Shown: one piece after another, positions 36,707 through 49,880 of the stretch
Layout of the letters: every line of letters starts with the position of its first letter
Numbering within the stretch: the stretch's first letter is position 1
NCBI RefSeq assembly: GCF_001194135.2
Contig: NC_068983.1
Location: forward strand, 162,895,499-162,959,498
Length of the DNA stretch: 64,000 nt
Direction: 5' to 3'
Origin: Octopus bimaculoides
Lineage: Eukaryota
The notes under the pieces: model-generated
Seen by the model: the letters and a program-made list of their open reading frames with translations, nothing else
Databases searched by the model: none
Told to the model about the DNA's origin: nothing
Program-made: the position numbers and the translations under genes

Positions 36707-38334
36707 ATACATATACATACATATATGTATACATATACACGCACACGTAAATATACACACATACACGCACACATAAATACACACACATACACACACACGC
36801 ACACACACATATAGCTATGCAAATATACATACGTACATTTAAGCACGTAGCTACAGCATCTCACGCACTACAGTCTTTGATCAGCATAATCAAATTGTTT
36901 GTATGAATTGAGATCAATACGAAGACTGTACTGGATCTGTGTGCAATCTTAATAGACAATATAATTTTCAACTAATTTAATTAGTAATTAAAATGGCAGG
37001 AATGTAACACTTTCACGCCACACTCTTAAACTTACACACACACATACATACACACGTGTGTCTATATAATTATATATGAGAAAGTTTCCCCAATAATCTA
37101 ATTAAACCGAAGCAAATGTACACAGATTAAAGGAATATTGCTGTGGTTTGGAGACTGTTGTTTTTGACATAGTTAAAATTTAGTGTTAATTTGGTGAAAT
37201 TACTAACTGTGTTAATTAAATTTAATGTGAACTTTGTCGTATATCAGAAGTGACATACAAACTTAAATCATTTAAATCAATTATTTATTTTCTTTTTATC
37301 AAAATTCTTCGTCTTTGTGTATTTGTTTTAGAATTAGAAACAGTTCGTGTATTTCTTTTCATGTTTATGTTATTTTTTGTTTTGAATCTAAACAAGTAGA
37401 GTTCACGAAGGTCTGGAAACGTCAAGAAAGCAGAATTATATACGTGTGCGAATCATGCATGAATTACGAAGCGACGGCGAATGAAGTTTTTGTAAATAAA
37501 ATTATAAAACTTCTATTTACAAAATATATATTGTCTATAGAAAATAGTCTAATCTTTTGGCATATAAGCACCAGTAACGGAAAAAAAAAATGAGCATGAG
37601 AATGGAACCCACATCCCTTATTTTTGCGATACGTCTGCTAGCCGATTACCACCAACATACCCAACCTGATTTTCTCCGTTAAATTTCATAGCCGTAAATA
37701 TGTAAACATGTGCGAATTCTGCGTGAATTTGGAAACGGCAACGAGTAAAATTTTTATAAACAGAATTATAAGCCACTACTATATACTGACTATATAAAAT
37801 AGTCTAATATTCGGGCATATAAGCCCCGTAATGGGAAAGGTGTAGGTTCGGTTCCCACATTAGACTATTTCTTCTAGTCAGCGTACAGTAAATGATTATA
37901 ATTCTATTTTCATAAATAATGAAGTACATTTTAGTTATAAGTCAATATTTCATGACTTTTGTACAACTCTTATTTCTTCTTGTTTTAATTTAAGAAGCTT
38001 AATGGTCGTGTGGATAAGATATCAGTCCTTTTACGGCAAAGAGAGGTCTTGGTATTGTAAAGAGTGCGGCAAAAAACTCACACATTGTGCAGCTTAGCAA
38101 ACTTTTCAACAGTAAACGCACGTCGTGAACTGACATAAACAAAAACCCTATGGAGACAAACGGTAAAACATTAACGAGACACCACCCACCTACTACCTCC
38201 TCTACCATATGTACGTCAAGACAACAACAATAGAAGGTTCTGTATTCGTTCATTCCTTTAATCGTTTCAGTCGCATGAGTGCAGCCATGCTGGAACACTG
38301 CTTTCATTTATTTTCTTTCAGTTCCGTTGTCGCT

Positions 38335-38720
38335 TTATGGCTGGAAGTTTGTCTCTGATTGAGTTTGTTTGTAGAAGCCGATCTTCCCTGAGTGTATCCT
38401 TGAATAGTTGGCTGGTCCCGTATCGACATCAGTTTATCCAATGTTTTTGTTTTTGAATTCTTCAGCAGAGGTCTGTTTTATATTTCTGATTTCTTTCGGA
38501 AGGCATTTGAACGGCTGTGGACCTCTAAATATCAAACTGGTACAATAGAGTGATTCTGCTCGTGGTTTCGAAGGTGTCTACATTTGGAAGCTGACAGTAT
38601 CTGCCTGCTCGTGCATTAAAGTTCTCTCTAATGCCTACCGCACTCTGTAACAGGAGAGACGTGTAAAACTTGGGTGAAAGTACTTTCCAAATTGCATGAG
38701 TTCCAAATAATTGGTAACTG
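38335..38720 (-). mobile_element. L2/CR1-group LINE 3' fragment
   Basis: Minus: SLIFRGPQPFKCLPKEIRNIK..EEFKNK..DQP..GY, the typical end of CR1/L2 ORF2. Confidence 0.65.
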
Positions 38721-39818
38721 AAAAAAAAAAAAAAATGGAAAGAGCTTCATTTAATGCCAGACCGTTTAACTAATGTGAAGAATAAATACGAATGATCTTA
38801 ACCAATCAGTTGATCAGTCTGACATGATATCGTAAATATCAGTCCAGCCCAATAAACATGTTTTCCCCCATGCACGAATTGATATCAGCTATTAAATATT
38901 CGATAATGGACTCATGGCCATCATCAAAGAATTTATGAGAATCGTACATAATATAAAATAAAAGAAGACGATTTAACTTTTAACGACTGCAACTTTAACA
39001 AGTGCAATAAAACATTATTAAAAACTGAAAACTGTAGAAAAGTAAGAAAAAATATTCCAGTAAAATGAAAATAATGAAGAGGACGACTATTAAAATTTTA
39101 TGTTGAAAAATGAGCCGAGTTAATTCTTCTGGTGTTTCTGCTCAAATGATTAATCTTGTTTCAAGTCCTTTTACACGAGGGATTAAGGTTTCATTAAAAC
39201 TGAAACAGACTTTCTACCTATTAAAGGCAAGAAATGTAGAATACGAAGATAAAGAACTATTCATAACGTTGCATTTTATTTTGATGCAACGAATAAACTG
39301 TCATATTGAAAGCAGCGATTGAAGTTTTAAGAAGCAAAGGAAAAAGAAAAAGAAATCATACATAAAATTATAAACACAAACGAAGAAAATTTCAGTAAAC
39401 GATTTGATAAAATAAATAGCAGAGAAAATGGTGGACATTTTTCTGTAAATGACAAGTCTTATCAGAGTTTAATGTTCGAACTCTACTTTTTGTCTGTAAT
39501 CGAATATCAAAATGAAACACATTATATTTGTAAAAATTAATAAAAATAAAATAACAATAACAATACTAATTTCCCAGCTTCTTTGAAATTTGGTTTAAAA
39601 AATAATATTGCATTAAAAAAAACATGTTTATGGTAAAAAATAATAAATATTACAAAAATCATGTTTTATGGTAATTTTTGTGAATATTTTGATTTGAACG
39701 TATTTTCTTTGCTGTAGGAAAATATTTTCCTATCTTGATGAAATAGAAATAAAATAAAATAGTATGAGAGAGAAAGATAGGATAGGAGGGTAGATAAAGA
39801 GACGGAGAGGGAGAGAAA

Positions 39819-39819
39819 C

Positions 39820-39873
<54 letters not shown>

Positions 39874-40170
39874 CGTAATAGGATAGAATAGTTAGCAGAA
39901 ATAGATAAATAAATAGATGCATAGATAGATAAATGGATAGATAAGTAAGGAGATAGATGGATAGATAAATAGATGGATGGATAGATAGATGGATAGATAG
40001 ACAGACAGACAGATAGATAGATAGATAGATACGTTGATTGGTTGAAGGAGAAACGGAGGTGTGTGCAGAAATTGAATTGACACGTTTGTAGAAATGTGTT
40101 TATGTATTTATGTATGTATGTATGTATGTATGTGTGTGAGAGGGTGTGAGAGAGAAAGAGAGAGAGAGGG
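39819..40170. repeat. Compound microsatellite (GA)n/(GATA)n/(TATG)n
   Basis: Direct reading. Confidence 0.95.
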
Positions 40171-41223
40171 AGAGTAAGAAAAAGACAAGCAGAGAAAGAA
40201 GGATTAGTTATTTTAATCAAATAATTTGTGCAGGATATTCTCAAGGAATAATTTTTGAGATTTGAAGAAATTGCGCCAGAGGAAGAATGACATCCCTTAC
40301 AACTCTCACTGACACTAAGGGATATGTCCCCAGACCAGGAGGGACCTGATTGCATGCAGCTGAATAGAGTTCGTTAAAGATACTTAGGGGCCAGTCGCTC
40401 TTGTTAAAGTAGACGCCATATTAAAATGGTGGGCATGAAACCTTCTGAGAACTTCCCCAGGCTGATTGTATAATCAGCTGTTCGTTTTGAGGAGTTGGAA
40501 ACAGCTCTTAGCCACTGTTGTTCCAGGTCTACTCTGTTATGGGCTAATTAGCATGTTACAGACTTGCCTCCGGAACGAGGCTCTTTTAGTTGCCCATCTA
40601 AGAGAAGGTAACTCCATACAAATCTTGGATCTTGGTAACTACTGGGCTCACGGCATTTGTTACAACAGACCAATACAAATTTGGAGGACAAGAAAGTGAG
40701 ACTGGTTCGGCACAAACCATACCTGCTACAATAATATTTATTGTGCTGGTTTTTCAGCAAAGCCAGACACCAGCACCAACACCATCACACTTTACAAGTC
40801 CCGTGGTGATAAGAGGTGACAGTGACAGGCAGACGATGCGACAGGAAGTGTTCAGCCTTGACTCTGGATCCAGACAGCCATTGGGAGACGGTAGTTTTCC
40901 ATAGTCTTACACTGTAGAACTGTGTCTTGCGAAACCTTCATTCACAGAAGTGTTGAGTGAGTAAGTCCATCATTGTATCACCAGCTAGACACAATGGTAG
41001 GCTACCATGTTTAAAATACTAATTTCTCAACCGAACCAATTCACCTAATCTTAAAGAGGGTCGGTACAGAGGAATCCAAGAACCATTAAGAGTTCTGTGT
41101 ATATTTCAAATGTATTTCGCGGGCTGCGAGCAGTTTTAGACTAAAATCCATCTTAAGAAAGCCTCTTGGAAAACGTTGGTGACTACAAGCCCGAACTGTA
41201 GCAACGATATACAAGTTATGATT

Positions 41224-41225
<2 letters not shown>

Positions 41226-41287
<62 letters not shown>

Positions 41288-41310
41288 CGCTGCTGCCGCT
41301 GCTGCTGATA
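41226..41310. repeat. (CTA)n then (GCT)n trinucleotide arrays
   Basis: Direct reading. Confidence 0.95.
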
Positions 41311-42210
41311 TCATATAATGAGAGGTAGATATGCTCAGAGTTCATATCCTGCTATATTATCTTTGCCCTCCATCTCCCCAGAGATGGAAAGCAAAGATAA
41401 TACTGGGACTTCGAAAGAGGTTCCTGGTTTGATTCAATCTTCTCTAAACCCGTACGTTTATTAAAAATCAACATTGCATATTCTTTTTCTAGGAACAAAT
41501 GATAATAGCCTGAAAAGAATACAACTCTGAGATTATGAAGACATTTCCATGTTATTGTTGGAATAATCTTAAAATCAGTAAATATAGAAAAACCCAATAA
41601 TCTCAAACAACTGCTTTACACAATAAATATCATACTTTGAATAATTCTTTGTTTGTTTTCAATTGATTTAAAAACTACTTAGTTTGGCTTTGTTTTCCAG
41701 TTGAAAAATCCATAGGCTTTACAGAATGTGGCTGATGTTTAACGAAACTTTCTTTACCCATTTCTTTGACTAGATTTACATTACATGGTTGCGAACAAAA
41801 ACATCAGCATTCAAAGGACCGCTTCCTCACAAAAAACCACTGCTTCTATGACAAATATATTTATTATTTTTTTTTATGATGTTCAACCAGCGTCTTTGGC
41901 TAGAGATAGAAGAATGTTTACGAAGCGGAGGATTTTAGCGCTGACAAAAAAATGTTATAAACTATTATGAAATTTGGTATTATTCCTTATTATTTTCATA
42001 ATTATTATTTGTTTGTTCCTTTAAATACTGCAAAAAGTAATCAATAGATCAATAGATCAATATTGTTTCGAACTGCATTGTAATACGTGCAGACACATAC
42101 AGCTGTGTATTTCTACAAACTTATTTATATACAATATGCACACACACGTGCAATTTCACATAAACACACACATACACACACACACACACACACATAAACA
42201 CACACATACG

Positions 42211-42245
<35 letters not shown>

Positions 42246-42317
42246 GTATATATATATATTCACAGATGCAAACGTGCATTTCTGTCTGACTGTCTGTCTG
42301 GCTATCTATCTATCTAA

Positions 42318-42372
<55 letters not shown>

Positions 42373-42499
42373 CATAGTTTGAATAAATTACACATTCCAC
42401 CAGATTTCAAACTCACAGTTTATATATATATATACATGTATATGTATATGCATTTGTGTGTATATGTACATATATATATTCTTTATTCTTTCTTTTATT

Positions 42500-42842
42500 C
42501 TTTTACTTGTTTCAGTCATTTGACTGCGGCCATGCTGGGGCACCGCCTTTAGTCGAATTAAATCGACCCCAGGACTTATTCTTTGTAAGCCTAGTACTTA
42601 TTCTATCGGTCTCTTTTTGCCGAACCGCTAAGTTACGGGGACCTAAGCACACCGGGTGACAAACACAGATACACAACATATACACACATACATATATATA
42701 TACATATATACGACAGGCTTCTTTCAGTTTCCGTCTACTAAATCCACTCACAAGGCTTTGGTCGGCCCGAGGCTATAGTAGAAGACACTTGCCCAAGGTG
42801 CCACGCAGTGGGACTGAACCCGGAACCATGTGGTTCGTAAGC
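42500..42842 (-). mobile_element. SINE family B, young-looking copy, head lost in a gap
   Basis: Close to consensus: CCCACTGCGTGGCACCTTGGGCAAGTGTCTTCTACTATAGCCTCGGGCCGACC on the minus strand. Confidence 0.9.
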
Positions 42843-43390
42843 NNNNNNNNNNNNNNNNNNNNNNNNNNNNNNNNNNNNNNNNNNNNNNNNNNNNNNNNNN
42901 NNNNNNNNNNNNNNNNNNNNNNNNNNNNNNNNNNNNNNNNNNNNNNNNNNNNNNNNNNNNNNNNNNNNNNNNNNNNNNNNNNNNNNNNNNNNNNNNNNNN
43001 NNNNNNNNNNNNNNNNNNNNNNNNNNNNNNNNNNNNNNNNNNNNNNNNNNNNNNNNNNNNNNNNNNNNNNNNNNNNNNNNNNNNNNNNNNNNNNNNNNNN
43101 NNNNNNNNNNNNNNNNNNNNNNNNNNNNNNNNNNNNNNNNNNNNNNNNNNNNNNNNNNNNNNNNNNNNNNNNNNNNNNNNNNNNNNNNNNNNNNNNNNNN
43201 NNNNNNNNNNNNNNNNNNNNNNNNNNNNNNNNNNNNNNNNNNNNNNNNNNNNNNNNNNNNNNNNNNNNNNNNNNNNNNNNNNNNNNNNNNNNNNNNNNNN
43301 NNNNNNNNNNNNNNNNNNNNNNNNNNNNNNNNNNNNNNNNNNNNNNNNNNNNNNNNNNNNNNNNNNNNNNNNNNNNNNNNNNNNNNNNNN

Positions 43391-43850
43391 AATCCGGAAA
43401 TAGTTGCTGCAGCAAAGGTTGAGATAGCAGAGGTGAATATATGCCATATTGTGTCCGAGGTATTTTGCTGGTGTTCACTTGAAGGATGCCCAGGTCAAGT
43501 GAGAAAAGTGCCTAGGGTAAGTAGGTCAAGTCTTGAAGACAGAGTGGGAAGGGGATAGAGGAAAGATTCAGGTGGAGAATGGTAGTAGTATATTTTTATG
43601 GTCAGTTGATCTGACTGGATAGAGAGGATGAGTATAGTGAGGGAAAGAGGGAGGGGGGGATGAGGTCAAATGGTTTAGTGAGGAGAAAGGAATGCGCAGA
43701 GGTAGTATAAAGGTGGTGGGGGTATGGGTGACAAACCAAGAACAGTAATAAAGGGAGAGAGGATTGGGATAGGTAGTTAGTAGTATCATATTCTAAAAGA
43801 TAGCTAAACCTATTTATAGACGGTGGAATTGGGATTGAAAAAACTAGTCG
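43391..43850 (-). mobile_element. Decayed Penelope-like linker region between two gaps
   Basis: Minus peptides resemble PLE linker motifs (FVTHTPT..L..SxP..FP..xNILL; GTF); heavily mutated. Confidence 0.35.
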
Positions 43851-44070
43851 GTATNNNNNNNNNNNNNNNNNNNNNNNNNNNNNNNNNNNNNNNNNNNNNN
43901 NNNNNNNNNNNNNNNNNNNNNNNNNNNNNNNNNNNNNNNNNNNNNNNNNNNNNNNNNNNNNNNNNNNNNNNNNNNNNNNNNNNNNNNNNNNNNNNNNNNN
44001 NNNNNNNNNNNNNNNNNNNNNNNNNNNNNNNNNNNNNNNNNNNNNNNNNNTATATATATATATATTGATT

Positions 44071-44103
<33 letters not shown>

Positions 44104-44104
44104 A

Positions 44105-44139
<35 letters not shown>

Positions 44140-44145
<6 letters not shown>

Positions 44146-44384
44146 CTGGATTACAAGATTCTTTATGTGAATTCGTGTATTCAAAACAAATTGTGTGTCA
44201 TATTGCCGTTCAGTTTCCACTACTTTATTGAAATTTTCTCTTCTTTGTGCCTTCCAAAATTTTCGTTGCTTCCGCAACTTTGTCAGTGGATGTTGCCATC
44301 TATTGACAAAGTTATAAATAATAAATGAGTGGAAATTGAACAGGTGAGTGTGTTAGATATTAAGGCAATATGACTCTCCCCAGA
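44140..44384. repeat. Two copies of a repeat end in inverted, tail-to-tail orientation (pLTR-like)
   Basis: GTCATATTGCC 44197 / GGCAATATGAC 44364; GTTCAGTTTCCACT 44208 / AGTGGAAATTGAAC 44328; AACTTTGTCA 44276 / TGACAAAGTT 44304. The left part is homologous to 49975-50040. Confidence 0.7.
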
Positions 44385-45459
44385 TTTAATTATATATATA
44401 TATATATATATGCGCGCGCGTGTGTGTATGTATGTATGCGTGTATTTACATGTGTGCATGTGTTTATGCATGCATGTATGTATGTATGTATGTATGTGTG
44501 TATATATATATTTAGACACACACACACGTATATATGTGGGTATGTGTATGTGTATCCCTGTACGTTTAATGGTTATAGTTAATGTTTTATTTTAGTGCTG
44601 TGGGCGGCTTATATTTTTTTAATAATCTTCATTTGATGTCAATAAAGTTACAACAATTTGCTAACGTAACAAACTGTTTTATTCCGATATTTTTGTCACT
44701 AAACACAGAACAAACATAGATGTTGAGTCTATAATTCTTTTCATTGTAATGTTTATAACCGATGCGTCAAATTGTCTAATATTTTAAATGTTAATTATTG
44801 CCAATTTTTATTAATTATTTTGCCTGTTCATAGCTTCCGAGAAACACATGTGAGCGCTTCTTCGAACGAATAGAAAATCGTTCGAATGAGAGTTTTCACA
44901 AATGTACACACATACACAGTTATGCATAGAGCCTGCTGCTCCATCATCCATTAATTATAGTGTAAATTGCTATATTAGTAACTAAGGAATTCGTTAAATG
45001 GTTAATTCACCTTTAACTGTCATAAAGATTTTACAATATACTTGTAGTATTCTTTCTGGTTAAATGCTATTCGTAATGCTTAAACCCATTTTTAATCCTT
45101 TGTCCATTATCCTAATTTTCATTGAAAATCGATTCCAATGTGGTATCTGAGAGTTCTAAATAACGACATTCTAAATTTATGCTTAAATGCCATTCTTTCT
45201 GCTCAATCAATTGGAATATATAGCTTTGTGGAAGAATTAATCTTGGAAATATGCAGAACAATGTGTCCATTAGTATGAAGTTAGGACAATGTGACAGTTG
45301 GAAACGGGGGGGGGGGATAATGTATAAAAGGTGGTCAATGGGGGTGGGGGATATGTTTGTTGAATACTGATGAGGGACCAATTTCCATTTTGTAAAGGTA
45401 GAGTTTAGTTGTAAGTAGGAGTTGGTGAGAGGTGGAATATAGTGTCAGGAATCTTTTGT

Positions 45460-45680
45460 TTTGTTTCAATCATTAGACTGTGGCCATGCTGGGGCAGCGC
45501 CTTCAAGAATTTTTAGTCGAATTCCTCGACCCTAGTTCTTGTGTTTTTGTAAAGCCTCGTACTAAATCTATCCTTCTTTTAGTTTCTGCCGACCAAATCC
45601 ACTGAGAAGCTATAGTAGAAGGCACTTACTCAAGGTGCCACGCATCGTGAATGAACTCCTTAACACACAGCCACGCCTAA
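45460..45680 (-). mobile_element. SINE family B, internally deleted
   Basis: Tail and head segments are both present. Confidence 0.75.
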
Positions 45681-46220
45681 TGCCCAGTATTGTACACGGA
45701 ACATATTACCAGTAAAAAAGAAAGAGAAATAGGGAGAGAGAAAAAAACAGAGGTGGGGAGATTTGCTGATGAGTTTAGAATGGGTAGGAACTGTCATTTT
45801 TAAAATCCTTTTATTTAAGAATAACAAATAACAATTGAACAGAGGCTTTAAATAAAAATACATTCTCAGGCGTGTATGGACATGTTATTGCATTTATCAG
45901 GGAGAACGAATGGGTAATTTGAACGGCATGGATATAATTACGGCTTCAGTCATTGAGATTTCTCTAGCTTCAAACATACAATACAATATATACATAGAGG
46001 CATGTATGTATATATATATGTATGAATGTATGTATGTTCTCACTCAAGCAATATGTAATGTAAATTTAGATTCATTTCTTTCTGTATCATACGTTTAGCA
46101 TCAACAGTAGTCGATGCTAGTATTCGGTTTGCACTCGTCGTATTCGTTTCATTACCTACCTACCTACCTACCTACCTACCTACCTACCTACCTACCTACC
46201 TACCTGCCTACCTACCACTG

Positions 46221-46273
<53 letters not shown>

Positions 46274-47057
46274 GTCTGTCTGTCTGTCTGTCTCCTCCTC
46301 CCCCTCTCTCTCCCTCTATCTATCTATTTACTTCCTTTTCCCTCTCTTGCTTTTTCTGTCTCTATATCTATCAATGAAATATATGCCCACGTTTTTATAT
46401 AATTCCCACATTCAGAGACCACCTCCATCATAAATGCAATCATCCACAATTCCATCCACCTTTGTAATAATAAAGGCAAAACACAGAAATGAAATCGTCG
46501 ACAAAAAAGGTAGAGGACGTCACCATAAATTACGCTGTAAAAAATTTGTGCAGTAAACGGAAATATTTATATATGCTTTGATATGGTAAAATACTTCAAT
46601 CGTTTGTTGGCAACTGCGACCATAGAAAATATCAAAAGATCAAATATTTTAACACGGTGTACCGTGAAAATTACATTGAATGCATAGAAAATATAATATT
46701 ATGGAAGTTACTTTTATAAATTTAAAATTTAATTGATGTTCAAAAATTTTACTGATTGTCAGAAAGAGAAAGAAGATAGAGAGATGTCTAAACTTCTTAG
46801 CTATTAAATGTGATGAATGGATGCTTAAACATTGACAGGCGGAGCTCTGTAACATTTTACGATTTACAATTGTTAGCGTTTTTCTTTGCTTACGTCATCG
46901 AAAACACTAAGCGAAAAACAAACATAAAAAAACCCCCACCCAACATCACAGCATCTCCGCTCTTCTGTGGATATATGATAGAAAAATTTCTCTGAAAGAT
47001 GCTCAAAACTGTAACGGAGAAATTACATGTTCAGACTTCTATGAATTCCTCAACAGC

Positions 47058-47217
47058 CGAAGGTGTGGTTATGTGACAAGATGTTTGTTTGCAAATCACA
47101 TGTTTCAGGGTTCAGTCCTAGTGCGTGGAACTTTGGGCAAGTGTCATCTACTATAACGTCGGGTTGACCAAAGCCTTGTGGGTAGATTTGGTAGACAGAT
47201 ACTAAAAAGAAACCCTT

Positions 47218-47262
<45 letters not shown>
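47058..47262 (+). mobile_element. SINE family B 5' half plus (TA)n; continues at 48536
   Basis: GGGTTCAGTCC..TTTGGGCAAGTGTCATCTACTATA..GATTTGGTAGAC..(TA)n. Confidence 0.8.
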
Positions 47263-47265
<3 letters not shown>

Positions 47266-48535
47266 AAATTGAAAATGACACTGACATCTCATTTTAACTG
47301 ATGTATTTGCCAAAATTGCATATAAAATATTTTGAAATGATAAAGAGTAAATTTATTCAATAAAACCGCCATTGGCGTCAGCCATGGCTCCCAGACGACT
47401 TCGGAATCTCCTGCAACTCTTCTGGATGGTCTCCTTGTTTAAATTGGTGAATTCTGTCATAATCCTTGCCTTCAGTTTATCTTTGGTGTTACAAGGAGTT
47501 TTGTTGGTCTCTCTCTCAACTGCACTTCACACATAATAACCAAGGGGGCGGGGGTGCAGTCTGAGGAGTTAGGTGGCCAGATGTTAGGGGTGATGTGGTG
47601 GCAGAAATTGTTTGACAGCCATTTTTTTACTGGGTTCTCTTACTTGAGTGACATGGTGCAGAGTCCTGTTGCTAGACATAGGGTCTTCCAGTAGTCACCC
47701 TCTTGACCCAGAGCAGCACTACATCCTCCAAGCACTTGTAGGCCTCCGTGTTGTGTCTGCGGCCGTGTGGGAAGATGAACGGAGGCATAACATTGCCATT
47801 ACTAGTGATCCCACTCCAAACACCATGATGTTGACTGGCTGTTTGATTTTTATCACTCTTGGTACATATTTTGGGGATATGACAAGTCAACGGTTGTTCT
47901 GTGTGTTCACTATTTGATCCTGGCAGAAATTTTTGTCGTCTGAGAAAAACCAAAGCATGTTCGGATGGAGGGGATGTTTGAGTTTAGTCAAAAGCTTTGC
48001 AGTGCGGTCTTTCCTCTTGTCTTTGATGGCTTGGGAAAAAAAATTGGTCCTTTCTCATGTTGTATGAGGAATATTGAATGTCTTCATGCACTACCTGCCT
48101 GATAAGAAACTCAGACACTCCCTTGTCCCTGGCGATAGACCTGATTGACTTGGAGGGATTGTTGTCAATCACCACCTGGATCTCACCAACAAATTCAGGA
48201 AATCTCTTCTTATCAGAACGATCAGAGTGTTTTCGAGCTGCCATACTTTGGTAATGACCATTTGACTCACCCAACTCTTTCCAAATCCTTTGCACTGTCC
48301 TCAGATTGACACCCAAACATTCTGAAATGTTCGTATTGGAACTTCCGGCACAAATGCCAAGCAGTATAGCATGTCGTTTCCAAATTTCTGGCAGAGTGAA
48401 TTATATCAAAGTGCTGTTTTTTTTTCACAGACGGTGCCCAACTGATCTTACTGTATTGTGTACTCAACAAAATCAAAAACATTGTGTATGCGCGAAATTA
48501 AAAATATAAAATGGCAACAATTTACTTATCGCACC
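47263..48535 (-). mobile_element. Tc1/mariner transposon of maT (DD37D)-type, decayed
   Basis: Minus: HTH-like MGVNLRTVQRIWKEL, PSKSIRSIARDKGVSEFLIRQVVHED, WFFSDDKNF, QQDSAPCH..WPPNSSDC..YYV, RFRSRLGAM..NGGFIE*. Spacing to the third acidic position is about 37 aa after correcting indels. The left TIR is degraded. Confidence 0.85.
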
Positions 48536-48778
48536 ATATATATACATATATGTATGTGTGTGTGTGCGTGTGAGTGTATGTGTGCGCGTGTATGTGTGCT
48601 TGACAACCGGTGTTGGTATGTTCACGTCAGCATAACTTAGCGTTTCGGCAAAACACTCAATAAAACAAACAACAGGCTTGACGAAAAGAAAAAGTAATAG
48701 CTCCTAGGGTCAAATCGTTCCACAAAAAATTTTCAAGGCATTGCCGCAGCCTAATGACTGAGACAAAAGGTAAAAAGG
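48536..48778 (+). mobile_element. SINE family B 3' half
   Basis: (TG)-rich run then CTTGACAACCGGTGTTGG..CTTAGCGTTTCGGCAAAA..GCCGCAGCCTAATGACTGAGACAAAAGG. Confidence 0.75.
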
Positions 48779-49122
48779 TATTATCTTCCTGTCGATCACC
48801 CTCTGGTTTACCTTCGATTGGTCTTTCTACGTTTGATTTGTTGAAATAAATCGATCACTGTCAATTTAGGGTTAATATTGATTCCAGTGACATTACACAC
48901 TCATTGATTGTCGCCCATTTACTTGCGAGGCGGGGAAAGTCGATATTTCGACGGCTAAAAATTGTAACACTTGAATTACTCTCAAAGGTTTGGGCTGTAA
49001 CTTTTCTTTGATGTTTTTTTTTGTTTTTAACGTTCATTTGCTGGAGATTATTATTGATTGTTGCTGTCATCATCATCATCATCATCATCATTCATCATCA
49101 TCATCATCATCATCATCAGAAT

Positions 49123-49325
49123 AGAAAGGCAAGGTGAGCTGGCAGAATCGTTAGCACGGTGGACGAAAAGGCTTAGCGGTATTACGCCCGTCGCTACGTT
49201 CAAATTCGACTTTGCCTTTCATACTTTCGGGGTCGATAAATTAAGCACCAGTGAAATACTGAGGTCGTTGTAGTCGACTTGCCTCCTCCTACTCCAAAAC
49301 TTAAGACCTTGTGCCTATAGCAGAA
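49123..49325 (+). mobile_element. SINE family A ending in (ATT)n
   Basis: Consensus match; preceded by (CAT)n. Confidence 0.85.
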
Positions 49326-49350
49326 AGGTTTATTATCATTATTATTATTG

Positions 49351-49880
49351 AGTGAGAGAGCAGTGCATGCCATCAAGGTAACACTGGAGTAAAATATGCG
49401 AAGCCCATTATACCCATCATGACTACCTGTCTGATAAGAGTACACCAGGCACATGCATCACAACCATATGTGCACAACATGGTGATCGCATATCAAGACA
49501 AACAGTGCATTACCTTGCAGGTGGGGCCCAGTTAGAATCTTTTTCAGATTTAGTAGCCCATCCCACCCAAAAAGTCCCTGAATAAGGGTTGTATAAGGAT
49601 GTTGAATGAGACACCCATGTTTCCAGAGGTGAATTATTCAAATTCCAAAGAATTCCTCTCAACACATGGCTATGATGCTCCCCCACTACTTCTGCTCGTG
49701 ATCAGAGATGCATATATCATCAGCCACCAAAGGACATGCTCATCTGGTTATGCTGAAGCAACGGACATGCAAATCTGTGGTATTGAGCAGAATATTTGCT
49801 GTAGTCCATCTTTTATACCAAGACAAAACAATGTACATGAGGACAGTTCCAATCAGTTAAGATCAGAAACCATAACTAGG
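49351..49880 (-). repeat. Unclassified, about 530-bp non-coding interspersed-repeat candidate ending at (AAT)n
   Basis: Complex, more GC-rich block with no ORF or pol III boxes; its minus-strand 3' end CTCTCTCACTC abuts AATAATAAT. Repeat status is from recollection and is not shown within the window. Confidence 0.5.

Noticed and set aside
44861-44887. TTCGAACGA...TCGTTCGAA hairpin as a Helitron end or heat-shock element
   Set aside because: Only a 9-bp stem with no downstream CTRR and no promoter context; compatible with chance.
45368-45390. CTGATGAG as a hammerhead ribozyme core
   Set aside because: No stem II or GAAA partner follows.
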